Positions 58,966 through 64,000 of a stretch of DNA of 64,000 nucleotides are shown here, one piece after another. Below the pieces are notes generated by a model. It ran no database searches. It worked only from the letters and a program-made list of their open reading frames with translations, and was not told the origin of the DNA. The stretch is from the human T2T-CHM13v2.0 reference genome, Homo sapiens: assembly GCF_009914755.1 (NCBI RefSeq), contig NC_060937.1; one strand, written 5' to 3'. A program made the position numbers and the translations under genes. How positions within the stretch are numbered: the stretch's first letter is position 1; every line of letters begins with the position of its first letter.

Positions 58966-60299
58966 CAATTTTATATCTATCAAAATATTTCTCATCATTT
59001 GAAACTCTTCTGTTTCTCCTCTTGGTTCTAAGAACAGTTCACAAGTATATCCTGGGCATCTTGTTTCAGTTTTATTCAGTACTATTTCTGCTCTTTGACT
59101 GCCTACATGGATAATTTAATCTTGCATTGAAGAATAGTATTTGCATATTATCCAGTTTTTCCTTCTCATTTTAGCAGCATTTGGTCTCCTTTTTTATGGC
59201 CATATTTAAGTGCATTTTGCTGAGAATACCAAAGAGTATTATAGACTTCTTGTGCCGATATTTAATAACGACTTTGGAATGAATGTTTTTCTCTTCTAAG
59301 CATCCAAAATGATTACTTTTGCTATACGCTGGAATAAATTATATTTTTTCTAGCTATTGTTACTTCCAGAAGGATGAATGTATTCATACCCAACCCTGAT
59401 TTTGGATTGCCCTTGATCTTGCTCAATATCTACTTGTTTAATAGCTGACTTTTATGATCTACATATGGAAGACAGACTGGATTTCACAACTTTTCTGCCG
59501 ATGTGCAGAATCTAGAAATAATTTTTCTAGCTTGTTTCTGCTGGGCTGACTTGGCAGCTATTAACAGATTGTCTAATTCTCTGGCACTGAGAATTGCTAT
59601 AATTTATGAAAAACTAAAATTCCCAAATATTGCTAGCAAGGGTCTTCTTTCAGAACGTTGCTTAAGGATACTCAGAATTCAGTGAGCTCACAGCATTCTA
59701 TCAGTCTCTACTCTGTCTTTCCATATTTTGCTCTGTTGAGTTCTGGGAGCATGAAAATTTCTAAGAAATGATATGTAAAGATGTGTGAAGGCAAGATTCT
59801 TATCCTGGCCCCTCTATACAAAACAATATAATTTGATACACTACAGTACAGAATAGGATGCTATGTGATGGGACACAACAGAGCACAATAAAATATCCAT
59901 GAAGTTGAAGAACAGGTGTCTAGTTTTCTGGTGGGTACCCATCCTTGATTTCTGAGTCTTGGGAAGAGAGGCAGGAGGAAGAAGTATTTTCCTAACTTTC
60001 TTTCATGAGGCAAACCTGAGTACAATGCTTATTGCTTTTCTTAATCAAATTCCAATGACTATGATAAGTTGATAATGTTAGATTTTTTTCAGTATTTTTA
60101 AGTTGTGGCATTTTCTGCATTTTCATAGATGTTCTGGGAGAGGAGAAGCGATGTGATTTGTGAGTTAAGAGCCAAACATATTTTAAACGGAAAATTCAGA
60201 GTTGACATTTGAAATTAGTAAATTTGACGTTCAAGTTCAAGCAATTTGCATTTCCCTACATTTTCACCCTTTCAAAAAAATTATTTCCTCAGAACCTCT

Positions 60300-60515
60300 T
60301 ATTTGAAGAGGTGTTTTACAAACATCTCATTTTATTATCACAATAATGTTGTTAGGCAGGTCTTAACGTTGTTTTCAATTTTTAAACGCATTTTCATTTT
60401 TACAGTTATGGAAAACCAGGGCTCAGAAAGTGTGTGTTATTTCCCGCCCCCCCAACAAATTCATAGTGGAAACAGATCTATCTAAATGTAAGGCCCATGC
60501 TACTACTTCTATAAC
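60300..60515 (-). mobile_element. MIR
   Basis: catctcattttattatcacaataa...ttttacagttatggaaaaccagggctcagaaag. Confidence 0.65.
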
Positions 60516-60939
60516 GATATTCCAAAGAGAAAACAATTTTATTTGGTATAATATTATTTTTTCAAAATGTACACAGGTGGCAAATCTGAAATCATAGGAG
60601 ATAATATTGAGGAAATACTATCTGTTCTCTGTTGTACACTTAGTTTGAAAGTAATAATGACCTGAAGATATTGGTTATTATTTGACACATCAAACTTTGC
60701 TAAAGATATCTAACTACCTGGACATTAGAAATGTTATATACTACTTTATATAGATACATGCAAATTGAATGTATATCAAAAATTATAATTTCTTTCTAGA
60801 CATCCAGATTCTCCCAATTCTCACAAATTTTTTTCTGAAAACATTATTACTATAAAACAGAATCAATTTATGAACACTCTGTCTAGAAAACTCTTCAGTA
60901 AAAATATATTTTGAATCGTCCAAACCTTAAGTGAGTGTA

Positions 60940-62480
<1,541 letters not shown>

Positions 62481-63221
62481 TAATTGAACTTTCAATCATA
62501 AAGTGGACTGGGAATTAAAGTTTCGATTTTTCACAGGAAAGCAAATAATACGAAATTCTTTGAAATGTACCTGATGCATTTATTATACTCTGTGATACAT
62601 ACTATTGCATTTGGTAGCCTGTATGAGACTTCTATAAGGAATATTATCAGAGAATCCTAGAGCTGAGGGAGACTGTGAAATCCTCTATTTCAGACTTATG
62701 GTTTTGAGGCAATTAGTTACTGTTGATTTTAAACAATATTGATTGGACAGACAGAACTCAGAGGTGTCAATAGATTACACAGATGATGGAAGTAGTATGA
62801 CAACCTACCTGAGGCCTGTAGAAGTCCTACTTTACAAAAGAATAATAGAACTGGCTGATACTATTTGATTGAGTGTGGAGACTTCATTTTAATCTAGTTG
62901 CAATATAGTTCAGTGTCATGGAGGAATTTACCTCTTAATGTACTGGAGGTATCTCCAAGGACTTATGATGTACTGATGAGAAGATTTAACAAAAGCACAT
63001 AAAATCACCATTGTGTCAGTATAGTATGATAAGCATTGTAGGCTCTCTATGCTTGAGGATCTTTCCAAATGTTGTTATTTTGAAAGTAGCCAAAGGTCAT
63101 TAATAAAAGAAATCATAATATAAGAATAGGTAGATTAACATATTCTCCATTAAGATAAATTTCTCATCATCTGGCTATAACTGCTGGAACACCTAGTAGA
63201 AATAAAACCACAACAACAGCA

Positions 63222-63387
63222 GCCAGGAGCTTCAGACCTTTGATTTAGTCTAGTTTAAACATTAGCAAGTGTGTGATCATAGGTAGTTGTTAAAATTTCT
63301 TAGGGCATAATTTCCCTTACTGATTAAATGAAGGACTTGAATTTGATGATCATTAATTTCCCTTCCAACTTCGAGATTATATAGTTC
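63222..63387 (+). mobile_element. MIR3
   Basis: tgtgtgatcataggtagtt...ttgaatttgatgatcattaatttcccttccaacttcgagattatatagttct. Confidence 0.65.
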
Positions 63388-64000
63388 TCATCATTGCACT
63401 AGCTCTTATGTAACTTAAGTGTATTTCATGCATGCTTTTACAAAAGTCTATATCTCTTTTCCCTTATTATTTATTTTACCTTATCTGGACCAAAAATTTA
63501 TCTCTGCCGAAACCTGAAATTCAGCTAAATTCAAGCTTATTAATTTAATGCTAAATATGGGACGGATACACAGAAAATTACTAATTTTGCAACTAATTCA
63601 AGCACTTCTAATGATCGGCAATTATGAGAAATAAAAGGGAGTGAGTAATACTTTATAAGTCTGGTTAATTAACGAACTCTTTGCTTGTACTTTACAAAAT
63701 TGAATACATGGTAGACATTTAAAGATAATCTCAGAATTACCACAGTAAGCATATTTACACAAATGTCAATTCAAGATCTGGCTAATGTCAAGAATAAGTG
63801 AATTATCTTGACATACACCAGAGTCTGAATAGCAGTAAAAGTCAGTTCATCAAGTATTTATTATACATATTCTACTTTAAAATTATGGGCTTCACATTTG
63901 TGTTTGATTTTTTAAACCTCTTTCTCTTTACATCAGCTCTGAGAAATTTTGCTCAGAAGAGCTTCAAGTTATGCTATAAACGTTAAACAATGGTATTGTT

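Overview
Primate (most likely human) AT-rich, CpG-depleted intronic or intergenic DNA. I find no intact protein-coding gene, tRNA/rRNA gene or CpG island. The only ORFs with recognisable protein similarity are broken LINE-1 ORF2 fragments; the rest are Alu-, L1- or LTR-derived or random. Roughly half the window is interspersed repeats: about 12 Alu/FLAM copies, a 5'-inverted (twin-primed) L1PA with intact TSDs, older L1PA/L1M fragments, solo LTRs (LTR40, MER57, MER34, MER54, MLT1, MLT2 and one ERV1-class LTR with a GGAT TSD), a truncated THE1 provirus, Tigger3b, MER2, MER20, MER5, MIR and L2. Subfamily names come from remembered consensus sequences, not a RepeatMasker run. I found no convincing new biological system. 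The most notable unexplained structures are mutational scars. The main one is a 205-bp, 94%-identical ungapped copy of nearby sequence, placed 1,423 bp downstream at the edge of a (TA)-rich tract with a fold-back junction. Others are a template-switch hairpin inside the L1PA and a THE1/L1 fusion lacking both 3' halves.
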